A stretch of DNA of 64,000 bases from Monocercomonoides exilis PA203 (taxonomy: Eukaryota; Protista; Preaxostyla). The stretch spans positions 248,001-312,000 of the forward strand of contig LSRY02000051.1 in NCBI GenBank assembly GCA_001643675.2, in the 5' to 3' direction. Below, in pieces: positions 1 through 11,700 of this stretch. Each line of letters begins with the position of its first letter. Position 1 is the stretch's first letter. The translations under genes were made by a program, and so were the position numbers. The notes under the pieces were generated by a model. That model was not told where the DNA came from. It did not search any database and saw only the letters and a program-made list of their open reading frames with translations.

Positions 1-416
1 CTGATTTCGTTGCCCGCCATGTTGATTCTGTGTCTCATTTTTATGAGAATTCTGACCAACAATGTCGGTTTTGCACTGTGAAAGGCATTTTCCTCCTTGA
101 ATAAAACAGTCGATGCCAGAATCCATAACACACTCTTGGTAGCAATCAAACCAATCCCCGATAGTACCATATTCATCGTCTTCACTTTCCAGCATATCTT
201 TTGCACACATTCTTTTGCACTGATCGGAAGAAACTTCCAAACATTCATGAATCAGCCCCTGAAAATAAAAAATTTGATAATGAAAAAAGGAAATTCAACA
301 AAATTATCATTTCACACTTTGCAAGATTTATCACATTCAGTTATTTGATAAACACGAGGAGAAGGACGTGGCTGTGCAAAAAATGAAGCAACACAAATTA
401 ATGGAATTAGAAACAT
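1..416 (-). CDS. Small secreted cysteine-rich protein (3' end runs off the window; not in the ORF track)
   Basis: ATG at 416 gives MFLIPLICVASFFAQPRPSPRVYQITECDKSCK (signal-peptide-like). A phase-0 GT-AG intron (317-259) is followed by GLIHECLEVSSDQCKRMCAKDML...FDCYQECVMDSGIDCFIQGGKCLSQCK, open to the window edge. CxxxC recurs. Confidence 0.7.
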
Positions 417-653
417 TGTATGTTCAAATTAATATAAACAAAATTAACGTGTATAAAATCACGTCAAGCTTTAGACATGATTAAATGTCTTCATATCGAA
501 TTATCAAATCATTCATTCATTTTAATAATAATATGCTGGTGCAATTGATCAATAATAACAAAAAAACCTCTAATCTTAGAAATAACATTTTAGATAGGAT
601 ATATTTTCTGTAATGACATTATCAAAATTGTAACCCTATATTTATCTTTTCAA

Positions 654-2012
654 ATGAGTGTTGAGCCGGTCCAACAAAAGAATCAAGGTTATTTAATTTG
701 GAATTATTATTTTTTTTAAGATAGTTTATTTTCTAAAAAATTAATACAGACGCTACAATATATGTTGGTGATTTAGACCAAAAAGTCAATGAATCATTAT
801 TGTTTGAGCTTTTTGTTCAAATAGGACCTGTTTCAAGTGTTTATATGCCTAAAGATAAAATATCTGGGATGCATCAAGGAATAGGCTTTGTAGAATTTAA
901 AAACGAAGATGATGTTGAATACGCAATACAAGTTATGAATATGATAAAGTTGTATGGACGTCCGATAAAAGTCAGCAGGGTACGCTTTTTTTTTCGTGCA
1001 GAAAATTTTTATTTGAATAAATTTAGACAGCAAAAGATAGAAAAATGTTGGACGTTGGAGCAAACTTGTTTATTGGAAACCTTGATCTTCAAGTTGACGA
1101 AGCTGCACTTTATGAAGCATTTCACACATTTGGAACCATTGTGGGCGCGCCTAAAATTATTCGTGATCCAGAAACAGGTGCTTCGAAGGGTCATGGCTTT
1201 ATTTCATATGATTGCTTTGAAGCTTCTGATCTTGCATTAAGTTCAATGAATGGACAAGTATTCAACATTTAACATTTTTTTCTTTAAAATCATTTTTCTA
1301 ATAACCGCTTTTATGATAGTATCTCGCAAACAAACAAATTACAGTAAGTTATGCGCTGAAAGCTGGAAGCAAAACTGAAAGACATGGAGATGCTGCTGAG
1401 CGTCTTATAGCATCTCAAAACCCACACAAAACCCATATTTTCCATGCTGCACCTTCCGCAATTTATGGAACTGGTACTAATCCCGCACCGCCACCACCTC
1501 CACTTCCTTCACCAATACAAACACCTCAGCAAATTCCTTCAATTCCAGCCCCACCTCTTCCTTCTCCTTCTCCTACCCAATTTGCTCCACCTATACCATC
1601 ACCATCACCTCCTGTTCCTTTTGGATCAATGCCAGCTCCGGTTACCTCTGGTGCTGCTCCTGCCCAATCACCTCCACCTCCGCCTATCCCACAACCACCA
1701 ATGGCGCCTGTTGGCTTTGGGCAGATGCCTGTGATGGGAGGCAGCATGATGGGGATGGGGCCTGGTGGGATGCCGATGGGAATGGGTATGCCGCAAATGG
1801 GAATGCAGCAAGGCTTCTATCCACCCGGATTTGCACCGTCTGCACCGATGGGGTTCGTTCCAGTGCATCCGATGGGCATGGGGATGGGAATGGGAATGGG
1901 GATGGGGATGAATATGGGAATGATGGCACCAGGAATGCCTATGCAGATGATGCCAATGGATATGCAGAGGCAAATCGCGGGCTCTCAGCCCCAACTGCAA
2001 CAAAATCGTTGA
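654..2012 (+). CDS. SF3B4: Splicing factor 3B subunit 4 (SAP49/Hsh49): two RRMs plus a Pro/Met/Gly-rich tail; 4 exons
   Basis: Spliced product reads QKNQ|[37 protein letters not shown]|..[36 protein letters not shown]|[24 protein letters not shown]. These are diagnostic SAP49 motifs. The last exon is in frame with ORF 1629-2012. Confidence 0.95.
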
Positions 2013-2541
2013 AATCATTGCTTTTAAAAGTATTTATAAGTTAATATATTTGTGTTTAAATAAATCGATTTTTTGAATCATTTCATGTTGAATTAAATAA
2101 TGAAATTCAACAAATGCGAAGTTTTTGATTGGTCAATAATGGCAGAAGGAACCTTCATGGAATTAGAAATTATTGTTTCATTTTTTCGGAAAGATTTAAA
2201 ATGAATTTTCGTTTTATAGAGTGTTGAAGCGATAGTGTTGACAACATGCCAAACATTGCTAAATTTTTTAAAATGAGATAAGCAAAAGCAATAACAAAAA
2301 ACTGATGAAATGTTTGCAAAAAAATATATTATTTAATGCACTTCAAGAATGAGTTTATAATTCAATGGAATGTGTTTTTCCATTGTTTTCGTTCATAATA
2401 TCATTTATCAATTTCTTCTTAGCTTGTTTCTCATTTTTTTTTAGAATTCAAGCATTTTATCACTTTTCTTTTTATCAGAAAGTTTTAAAAACAATGGAGT
2501 TTCTAAGTGCTTATGGAAGAGATCATCAATTTTATTTTGAA

Positions 2542-3229
2542 ATGTCAAGACCAGTGAAGTTTAAGGAACGGTTTCCCTTTGACGTTCGAAAACAACAATC
2601 AGAAAAACTTTTGTATGTTAAGAAAACCTTTTTATCTTTTAATAGCATTTATTTTTTAAGACGAGAACATCCAGAAAGAATTCCAGTTATTGTTGAAAAG
2701 TATGAGAAAAGCGATTGCCCAGGTTTGCATACAAATATTTATTATTTTTTTATTTTGAAAATTGAATTAAATATTTCGTTATTTTTGAAATTCTTTAGAT
2801 ATTGACAAAAAGAAGTTTATTCTGAACAATTATTGAAAAAATATTTCTGTTTTATCTTTGTAATTATGTTGTACATTACGCATTTGTTCTATAAGGTTTT
2901 TGGTACAAAAAGAGATGAAGATGGCACAGTTTATTTGTGTTATTCGAAGAAGAATTGCAGTTTGTATTTATAAATTCAACGCAAAATTCTTGAGAAAGCA
3001 AATAAAAATTTTCATTTTCACTAAAAATGTTTTTATTTTGTAGCTTCAAGAGAACCAATCACTTTTCCTTTTTGTTGACAACAAACCTCCTTCAATGGCT
3101 GCAACTTTGGCATCCATCTATGATAAATTTAGAAAGAAGCATAAAAAAGACGATGATGGTTTCCTTTATGTTGTCTATGCGGACCAGGAAACATTTGGTA
3201 CGAGCAGTTCCACAAACAAAGCAGAGTGA
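2542..3229 (+). CDS. ATG8: Autophagy ubiquitin-like protein Atg8/GABARAP; 5 exons
   Basis: MSRPVKFKERFPFDVRKQQSEKLL|REHPERIPVIVEK..|DIDKKK|FLVQKEMKMAQFICVIRRRI|..SLFLFVDN..DDDGFLYVVYADQETFG-TSSSTNKAE*. Confidence 0.95.
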
Positions 3230-3562
3230 TTTTCCTTTTTAACTTTTACAATTTTTTTTTTCCGAATCACTTCTTTTCTTCATCAATGCAACATTGAAAA
3301 AAGTGAATTATAAAAAAAACAGAATCGCAGAATCTATAATATTTAATGCAAACAATGTTTTCAAATGAAAAACTGCTCAAAAAATACGAAAAACATAATA
3401 TACTGAAACATATGAATGAAAAATGAAAAGCCAACGTTAAAAAATGTATAATTAGCCAAAAAAATGAACAAGTTAAATAAAAGTTTAAGTAAGTCAGTTG
3501 AAGAAAGAAGAAACAGATTTGCTTAATCGAATAATTAGAAAAAAAAAAAAAATACAAAGAAT

Positions 3563-4367
3563 CTATTCACTACCACCAGACAAGAGCCGTTGGAGACGTG
3601 CATCTACATCATCAACGTCTGCAGCTGGTGCTACGCTTGAGGTCGCTTTTGAAATAGGAGCCGCATCAGATTTGAAACGTTCAAATTCTCCATCTAAAGA
3701 CAGTTGGTGTTCGGCAGCAACTTGGGAAATAAGCTGATTCACATCGGCCTAAAAAAAAATTTAAATAATAAAAATTTGCAAGTTTTCACAGGAAATAACT
3801 CAGGTTAAAAATTTTGACATACAGATTCAATTTGCTCATCGGTTGTTGCATCCATTTGCTTCATAACTACCTTAAAAACAAAACAGTCCACATAAACATA
3901 AATAAAACACAGTATGCTCAAACTTCCGATGAAACATCCATATGATCCATTTGTTGTTGAAATTGTGCCATGACCTGATTAATCTATTAACCAAAATGAA
4001 GAATTAAACTCAGAATAAATCAAAAATACTCCACCTTTTTCATATCCATAGAATCCATTGCAGAAGATAATCCTTTTGTAATTCCGCTTAATGTAGAAAC
4101 CATTGCCATCATTCCAGTTTGCATTGACAGTCGAGAACAAAGACCATCAATTCGAGAAGAATACTTCATAAATGTCTGAGAGCAATTATGCTCACGAATT
4201 GCATTTTCTGCGTAGATTCGAGCACCTTCAGGATTGTTAGTTTCAATGGCCTTTTTAATTTTATTTTTTTGTTCTTTGCTTTTTTTTTCAGCCTTTTTTG
4301 AGGCTCGGATGAATTGCTTGCTGGTCAGTCTCATATTAAACAACAAATCATTTAACTGCGTGGACAT
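3563..4367 (-). CDS. CHMP1: ESCRT-III-associated CHMP1/Did2/Vps46; 4 exons
   Basis: LFNMRLTSKQFIRASKKAEK..IKKAIETNNPEGARIYAENAIRE (Did2 signature) and a C-terminal MIM1-like DDVDARLQRL; TAG at 3563-3565. Confidence 0.92.
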
Positions 4368-4605
4368 TTAACCTTTAAATTCAATCGTTGTAATAATAAA
4401 ATTGTGTTGTCTTTTCTTTATAAACTTGACAGTTATAGTTGCTGATCGATTTTGATCAAAAATTAAAATTATTATAACGAAATGAAATATTAATTGTAAC
4501 AATTATGAAATAAAGAGAGCTTAAAGAAAATCAATAAATTCAAAAGAAGATTGAAATGAATTAATTTGATTGTGGATGACATGAAATGAAATGAATAATT
4601 AAAGT

Positions 4606-5027
4606 TTAACCTCTCGTCGGAGATCTGTAAGGTGAGCGTGATAATGTGCACAAAGTTGGAACGGGCTATGTGCAGATTAATGAGAGAATATATACATATT
4701 TTAAATATTTCCCATAGATATCATTTTAAAAAAGTTTGAAAACGTTTAGTAATTCATAAATCATAAATGAGCAGATTATAAAATATAAAAAATAAAAAAT
4801 TCTTTTTGTGAATGCAACAAAAAAATAAAATTCATACCTTTTGAAGAGCTGGAATTTGCTTTTGCTGTGATTTTTCTCTTTCTGAACCGAGACGAAAAGG
4901 AGAAGGAATTGTAGCTGGAATTGGTAATGAACGAGACGGAGGAGGCATTTTTTTCAATTCTTCTCTTTTTCGAGCCTTAAAGACAAATATGCCATAAAAC
5001 GATCATTTCAGAGATAAAAAAACAAAT

Positions 5028-5060
<33 letters not shown>

Positions 5061-5743
5061 GGTATATTAAATAAATAAATGAAGAGAGAGAACGAAAAGA
5101 AAACAATACTTCTGTTATTCTGTTGATATGCTTTTGTACTCCAGTTGTGTTAGTTCTCCAAGTGTCTGCATTGTCTGCTGGAATGATTCGCTACAATACA
5201 TTCACATTCATTCACATACATTCGCATACAGTCACACACACATAGAAATACAAAAATAACAAAATTCAATGAAAAGAGAAACACATCAATGAACAATCCA
5301 ATGCAACACTAATAAAATCAAGCAGTCAAACTGTTTGTGCCTTCACTGGATGCACTTCTTGTGTCATCCGCAGCTTCTCCTCTTCCAACAGATATTCCAT
5401 TCGAAGCTCGTGCTTCTTTTGCCACTCGGCATTCCGCTGCTCAAACGGCACATTCCCCACAATTCTTTGCAGAATAAAATGGATAAAGACAATCACAAGC
5501 AGAAAATAACACCAAAACACACAGAAAGAAATTGAAAGAAATAGAAACATCAAGAAAGAAGGGATATTTTAGACTATAACAAACTCATCTGTTTTATCTT
5601 TTGTCAGCAGCTGTGGAGAGTGTGGCATGTGAAGCTCTTTTTGTCTCTGCTTTTCTCGCTTTTCCTCAAGTTGAGCATTTAACACACGATGCTGTTGAAA
5701 TGAAGATAAATTCATTAACAACAACAATATTTATAATTATTAA

Positions 5744-5792
<49 letters not shown>

Positions 5793-7367
5793 AGAACAAT
5801 AAATCTAATCTACCACAAATAGAGTAGACACAAACCAGATTGTACAGCTGAATATTCTTTGAATTCCGCGAAGACGGTGTTTGTGGAGGAGAGCGGAAAG
5901 AAAGGGCATTTTGACTGTCCGAAGCCGACGATGAGCGAGGCGGGGTGGATAAAACAGACGAAGAAGGCGTCTTTGCAGGTGAAGAGGCTGTTGCATCGTC
6001 GTCTGAAGAAAAGCAACTGGGGGAGATGGTTGGTGAGAAGGTGCATTCTTGCAGCTCTTTTTCTGTCCATCGATAAAAGAAAAGATGATATGAAAGGAAG
6101 ATTGAGCATACAGAATACACAAATATTTCATTTGTACAGTTCAAGTTACATAAATGAATTAGCAACCATTGGAATGCAGAATCAAACCATATTTTCTTGT
6201 TAATGAATCCTTTTTCCCTTCTTCCTGCATCTGCCTCTGTTTTTCCCAGATAGCCCGCCGCTCTTCAGGCGACAGGTCTTTCATGTTGAACATCGTGTGT
6301 GCTGGCGACGGAGGCAGAGAAGCAGCAAGCAAACGTGACGTGTCGTTGATTGCTGGCACATGCTTCTTCCTCTCTTCAGCTTCTTCGGATCGGAGCTTCT
6401 CCTCGTAATCTGCCTTGTGCTTGCACCCTGTGGTAATGCAGCATTTTTTAAAACAAACATCCGAAGCGAACAGAATGAAAATAAATAAATAAAAAAAAAC
6501 AATATGATTTACAGCAATTTTAAAAAGAAAATTAGAAAATAATACCCATTTCGTAAAGTTCTAAAAATCGTGGTTTTTCTCCATCTTCTCTTTCAGTTGC
6601 AGTTTCTGGACGTTGAAGTTTTCTCTTTTTTGCCTCTTTCTGTTTTTTCTCCTGTTCTGCAAGCTGCTGTTTTGCAAGTGCCTTTATTAAATTTCATTTT
6701 TAATAAAACAATATGTAATATTTCGAAAACAAACTCGCGTTATCATTTCATCTTCATGAAGAGAATATAATCTGTCAAAAATGTTAGCTGGCCTTCCATG
6801 ATCAGATTGCAAAGGAGACAATGTCAATTTTGTTGTTTTCTCAAGGACTAAGAAAAAAATTAATAAACAAATTTATTCAACAAAACAAACGTGGCTTTTC
6901 AAGTCCCTTATTCAATGAAATCTTTCCCCTTTCCACCAATTCTATTTTTTGTGGATTTTTCATTGCAGATAAAGCAACAAAAGATTGATCAGTTTCTTTT
7001 GTCGGTGATTGCTGAAATGTGTGAAAAAAATTTCGTCAAAAAAATAAAATCAATATAATCTTTTAACAATCAATATGAATACATGAAATATTTGAACTCC
7101 AGCTTGTTTTAAGTGAGGATTCCCAACAGATAAAGCAATACGGCTTGCATCACTTTCTACGCCTTTTTCGAGCTGAAGCATAAAACAAACATAAAAATAA
7201 TTGCACCATTTAAAAATAAAAAATATAATACACACGTTTTCTAATTTTTCAATATCCAACCAGTTGTTACAATACCAGAATAAAATTAAATATTAGAAAT
7301 ATTAAAAAATATATTCACATGTTTTTTCAAAAATGCAAATACCTCTATCTTCGGAAATAGGTTCCAT
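4606..7367 (-). CDS. Multi-exon, putative microtubule/cytoskeleton-associated protein (FDRLY, CTFxPxI and TIPxPFxL repeats)
   Basis: The exons chain in consistent phases and include NIFDRLYSLHE, KPRFLELYE, MPAINDTSRLLA, ELQECTFSPTIS, VPFEQRNAEWQKK and TIPSPFRLGSER. These motif types occur in protist cytoskeletal and TPX2-like repeat proteins. Function is inferred. Confidence 0.6.
5745..5791. repeat. Poly(A) tract of ~45 nt inside an intron
   Basis: Seen directly. Confidence 0.9.
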
Positions 7368-7599
7368 TATTAATTAATATATGCGAGGACTATGACACAA
7401 TCAATGCAATCAGTATATAAGCCTTGCAAAAAATATTCAAGTTCAATTTATAATCGAATAATATTTTAGATCAATAAAAAATTGTTCAAGCTTATAATAT
7501 ATATAAAATAAGTAGAAATATGATATTGAAATCGATATATCATTTGTTTGTTTCATTTCCCATTAAAATTTTTTGTTTTACTGTTGGAAAGAAGGAGCC

Positions 7600-8328
7600 A
7601 TGTTGTGTTTTCTTTTCTTAAGTTTTGTTAGTTGCTCAGAATTTACTGAATTGATGTCCAATCGCCAAACATGCCCCAAACAGACTGGAACAGTTGGAAA
7701 TTACAAAATGAATGTTCTCGCCAATTTCTGGATTGGAACAGCTTGTCTCAGAGATAAGCCTGGGTCTGGTGTTGGTCCAGTTCGTGGCACAAATGCTGTA
7801 ACAATTCATGGTCTTTGGCCAGGAAATAATGCTTCATCATGGCCGGAGTGCTGCAACAACTCATACCCATTTAAGCCAGCTGAGATCAGTGGAGTTGCTG
7901 ATCTTTCCAAGAATTGGGTCTCTACACAAGGTCCCGATAACTCATTCTACACACATGAATGGGAAAAGCACGGAACATGTGCAATGGATCTTTTCCGAAC
8001 AGAGCGCGATTATTTCTCATCTGTTGTTAATCTTAACAAGCGTCTGAATATTGCTGGCATTTTCCGCGCTGCTGGAATTATTGCTGGAAACAGAACATAT
8101 TCGAAGAATGATGTGAAAACGGCCTTGAGACGTGGTCTTGGTCATGATGTTCTTCTGGAATGCGCTAAAGTTAATGGCATATCAATGCTGAATGCAATTT
8201 ACACATGCATTGATCATTCGCCTGCACTTAATGTTCAAGAGTGCACATCCGATTATAAATCAAAATATGAACCCAAATGCCCGTCCTCGTTCATTTTGCC
8301 TGCCATTCCAGATTCATGTTATAAATAA
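7600..8328 (+). CDS. Secreted ribonuclease T2 family protein; intronless
   Basis: Signal peptide MLCFLFLSFVSC, CAS I TIHGLWP, CAS II FYTHEWEKHGTC and conserved cysteines. Confidence 0.95.
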   Translation: MLCFLFLSFVSCSEFTELMSNRQTCPKQTGTVGNYKMNVLANFWIGTACLRDKPGSGVGPVRGTNAVTIHGLWPGNNASSWPECCNNSYPFKPAEISGVADLSKNWVSTQGPDNSFYTHEWEKHGTCAMDLFRTERDYFSSVVNLNKRLNIAGIFRAAGIIAGNRTYSKNDVKTALRRGLGHDVLLECAKVNGISMLNAIYTCIDHSPALNVQECTSDYKSKYEPKCPSSFILPAIPDSCYK

Positions 8329-8798
8329 AGCTTTCATGTTTTGAAATGTTATTTTATATCTGAATCTTGGATATAAGAGTTGTTTTTTTCCTTTTTATTG
8401 ATTTTATAATAATTGTTGAAAGATTTATTTTGCTTTTCTTTTGCTTTTCATTTTCTTGGTATTTTTTTTTTCTTGTTTAGATGGAAACTATGCTATAAAA
8501 AAATTAAAAATCTCTTATTTTATGAAGACGCAAACCAATCCATCAAATTAAAATAAAAACGAACAAAATAATTAAAACAACTCGTAATAATCAACATAAC
8601 ACAAAAGAATCAAAAAAATAATAAAAATAATAAAATACAAAACATCTTTTTAAAGATACTAAACTAAGCATTTTTTCTAAAAACAAACAAACAAAACGCA
8701 AAATTAATTCTAAAAAAATAAGGAAAATAAAAAAATTCAGAGGTATGATTTACAGTGTGAATGCTGCAAAACGATATTGACGCATTTACAAGAAGAAC

Positions 8799-11700
8799 TC
8801 ATTTATCATCTTCTGGCAGGCAGAAGAAGCGCCTGGCGACAGCTGCCACAAACTCGGTTGTCTTCAAGAAGAGAGAGCCGATGCGAATGGTGTCTGTCTC
8901 CAGCAGCGCGCGGGTGAGGTACGCAGCAGTTGTCACAAACAGCAGGCGCCCGTGGGCTGTTGGGGTGTCTGCGCTCTTTGCCAGCTGCGAGTCAGACAGG
9001 ACAGTGAAGAGAATGACAATCGACTGCGGAGCATAGGGAAAGATGATCAGACGCGCTTTGGTGGCATCGAACTCGTCGTAGTGGGTGGGGGAAGAGGATG
9101 AGGAAGAGGAGGGCGAGCAGATATTAGGGTCGTTGATGGGGAGCAGACAAGGGGAAGAGCATGGGGCATACAGAGAGACATGAGCCTCAGAGGAAGAAGA
9201 AGGAGATTCCAGTGAAGATGAAGGCGGAGTATAAAAAGGCACAAGGGAGGAAGCAGTGAGTGAGTTGAAGACAGGTGCAAAAGCAGAAGGGAGGAAAAGA
9301 GGTGAGAAAGGAGAAGAAGAAGGATAAGGCATCTGATAGGATGGAGGAATGGCATTGTAGGTGAAGTGGAAAGGACACTGCAGGACAGCTGAGGCAGAGC
9401 CAGAGCTGCTTTTGTTTGGGTTGGAGTGAGTCATCGTGGAGTGTGTGCGGTTCCACATGTTCTGTTTCTCTTCATCGATCATCTGCATCTCCTGCAGCTT
9501 CACATAGTCCCAGCACTCAGCAGCCACAAACCTTACAACGCCTGCCTGGACAGATGCTGGGACACCAACCATGCCTGCGCGCTTGGCCATCTGGTTGGCA
9601 TCTTCTCCAATGCGCTTGGAGAGCATCTGAGCAGAGGGCTTCTCTAATTGTGATTGGTATTGTCCAAAGAAGACGGCTTCGGCTGTGTCGTGGATAAGAC
9701 TGTGAAGTTTGACTGAAATAAAAATTAAATTACAAAGTTCAAAAATATAGATTGAATGAAACATTAATAACAACAAAGCACACTTGTATTGATGGTCGTG
9801 ATAGTAATGCTGCGAGCAGCCAATGAATTGTTCTGCCTCAGCACAGCAAGTGCATGGCTCTGTGCAGAATGATGAGAATGCGCAAAGGACTCTATCTGCA
9901 GAAGAGAATGGAAGAGAGGCGAATAATCACTCGGCGCAGGAGCAGCCAATGTGCCTGTGGCGAATGTGGCTGCTGGGCGCTGCAGAGAGGCCTGGCGAAA
10001 GAGTGGGGCACGAGTGGCGAAGGGAGAGGCAGCAAGTGAGAGAGAAGAAGAAGAAGAAGAAGAAGAAGAAGAACTCTGGGAAGGAGTGGGAGAGCATCTC
10101 CCTGATGCAACTGTTGGCAGAGGGGCTGTTTTTGAGGGGGCTGTGATTGGTGTTGGCTTGAAGGTCTGGATGGTTGTTGGGCGGAAGGGAGAAGGCGGGG
10201 GAGAGTGTGGAAGAACAGGCAGGCCTTTCTTCTTCCAGCGGAAAAGCACAGGAATAGGAGACCTTACGAATTGGAGAGGCAAAAGAGACAGAAGGCGGAG
10301 GAGATGAGCCAAGTGGAAGGAGGAGAGAGGCATCTGTGCGTGAGGGTGGAGGTAGTAGTTGAGTGCAACCACAGACAGCTTCTTGTTTATGGCGAGTGGA
10401 TTGATGCAGCCAGACGACGACAGCTCAGCCAGTGACATTGCCCTCTTCTGTGTCCTCTTCTCCTTCTGAATGAGAGCAGCTGCTTGTTCAGAGGGAGACA
10501 TCATCAGCAGCTGCGACAGCGCAATCTTCCTCGATGACAGAAGCATGTTCTCTGCCCCGTTTTTGTTGTGTCCTGAGCGGATCTGCCGCAATTGCTGTCG
10601 AAATCGCTCAGAACGCCTTCTTTCCTTCTCAATCAGAAGCGTCTGCACAACAAATGAGTCATTCGTGCCCAGCCCATTCAGAACTTCGCTACATTGTTCA
10701 GATGCCTTCTTCAGAATAATCATCGATTTGGCATCATACACAACGGGACTGTCAACTAGAACTTCATTCCACTTTGCAATCTGCTCGTTTCCATCGTTAA
10801 ATTCAGTCTCGCTGTTCTTGTTTTCATTGCAATTCTTCCTGTCATTCTTTGTCTCTTTGCTTTTCTCTGGATTGACCAGCAATGTTCCGTTGAGAGTCAG
10901 CAGATGCTCCTGTTTCATCTCTTCTGCATTCAGATTCTCTTCATCTGCTTCATCTTTGCTTTCAAGATTCAGCCGATTGAGTGGAAGTGCGATGCCAGAT
11001 GAAGCATACCCTTTCTTTGGCAGCAAACAAGGGGGAAGGGCAAAATACTTGGAACACAAATAAGAAGGAGGCTTAATAATGCCTTCTTTGTTGTAACTGC
11101 TGGACAGAACAGAAAAGGCAGGTGTCATAGACTCAGAGCCACTCCTGTTCTGACTCGAAGCAGAAGGGATGAAGTTGATTGGAGGCAGAGAATCCACAGA
11201 AAGGATCTCCTTTTCCGCCAGCTGCTCTTCCGAGTCCTGCACTTTCTCTTTCCTCTCTCTTTCCTCTTCTTCCTCAGCCAGCAGTGGCATTTCTGACGGG
11301 CTCTCCGGAGGAGACAGAGAGGACAAAGAAGAAGCACGCGACATTCCAATTACAGGCGAAGCGACTGAGTCAGCATCTTCACTGAATGATTGCTCAGACA
11401 CAGACACAGCACGCCTCTCCTGTCTCAGCAGATTGAGTATGCCTTTCTTGTCTGGTGACTCTTTGGTGTCGAGTGAAAGCGGCTGTGGCTGCTCTTCTTT
11501 CTGGTTGTCTTCAGCACTTGCTGTGGCTGGGCGGTATCCTTCCAGCTCTCTCTGGCGATGATACTCACAGTGCTGATCGCGATGGTGTCTTCTTCTTTTG
11601 GGCACATTTGTGTTGTTTGTTGCATTTGACACTTCGTCTTCGTTGACCATCAGTTCAGACGCTGAGCCAGCAACAGCAGGAACAGATGCACCTTTCTTCT

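Noticed and set aside
5745-5791. Poly(A) tracts (also 48343-48388) as retroelement tails
   Set aside because: No convincing TSD or upstream element body was seen, and homopolymer lengths may be sequencing-dependent.
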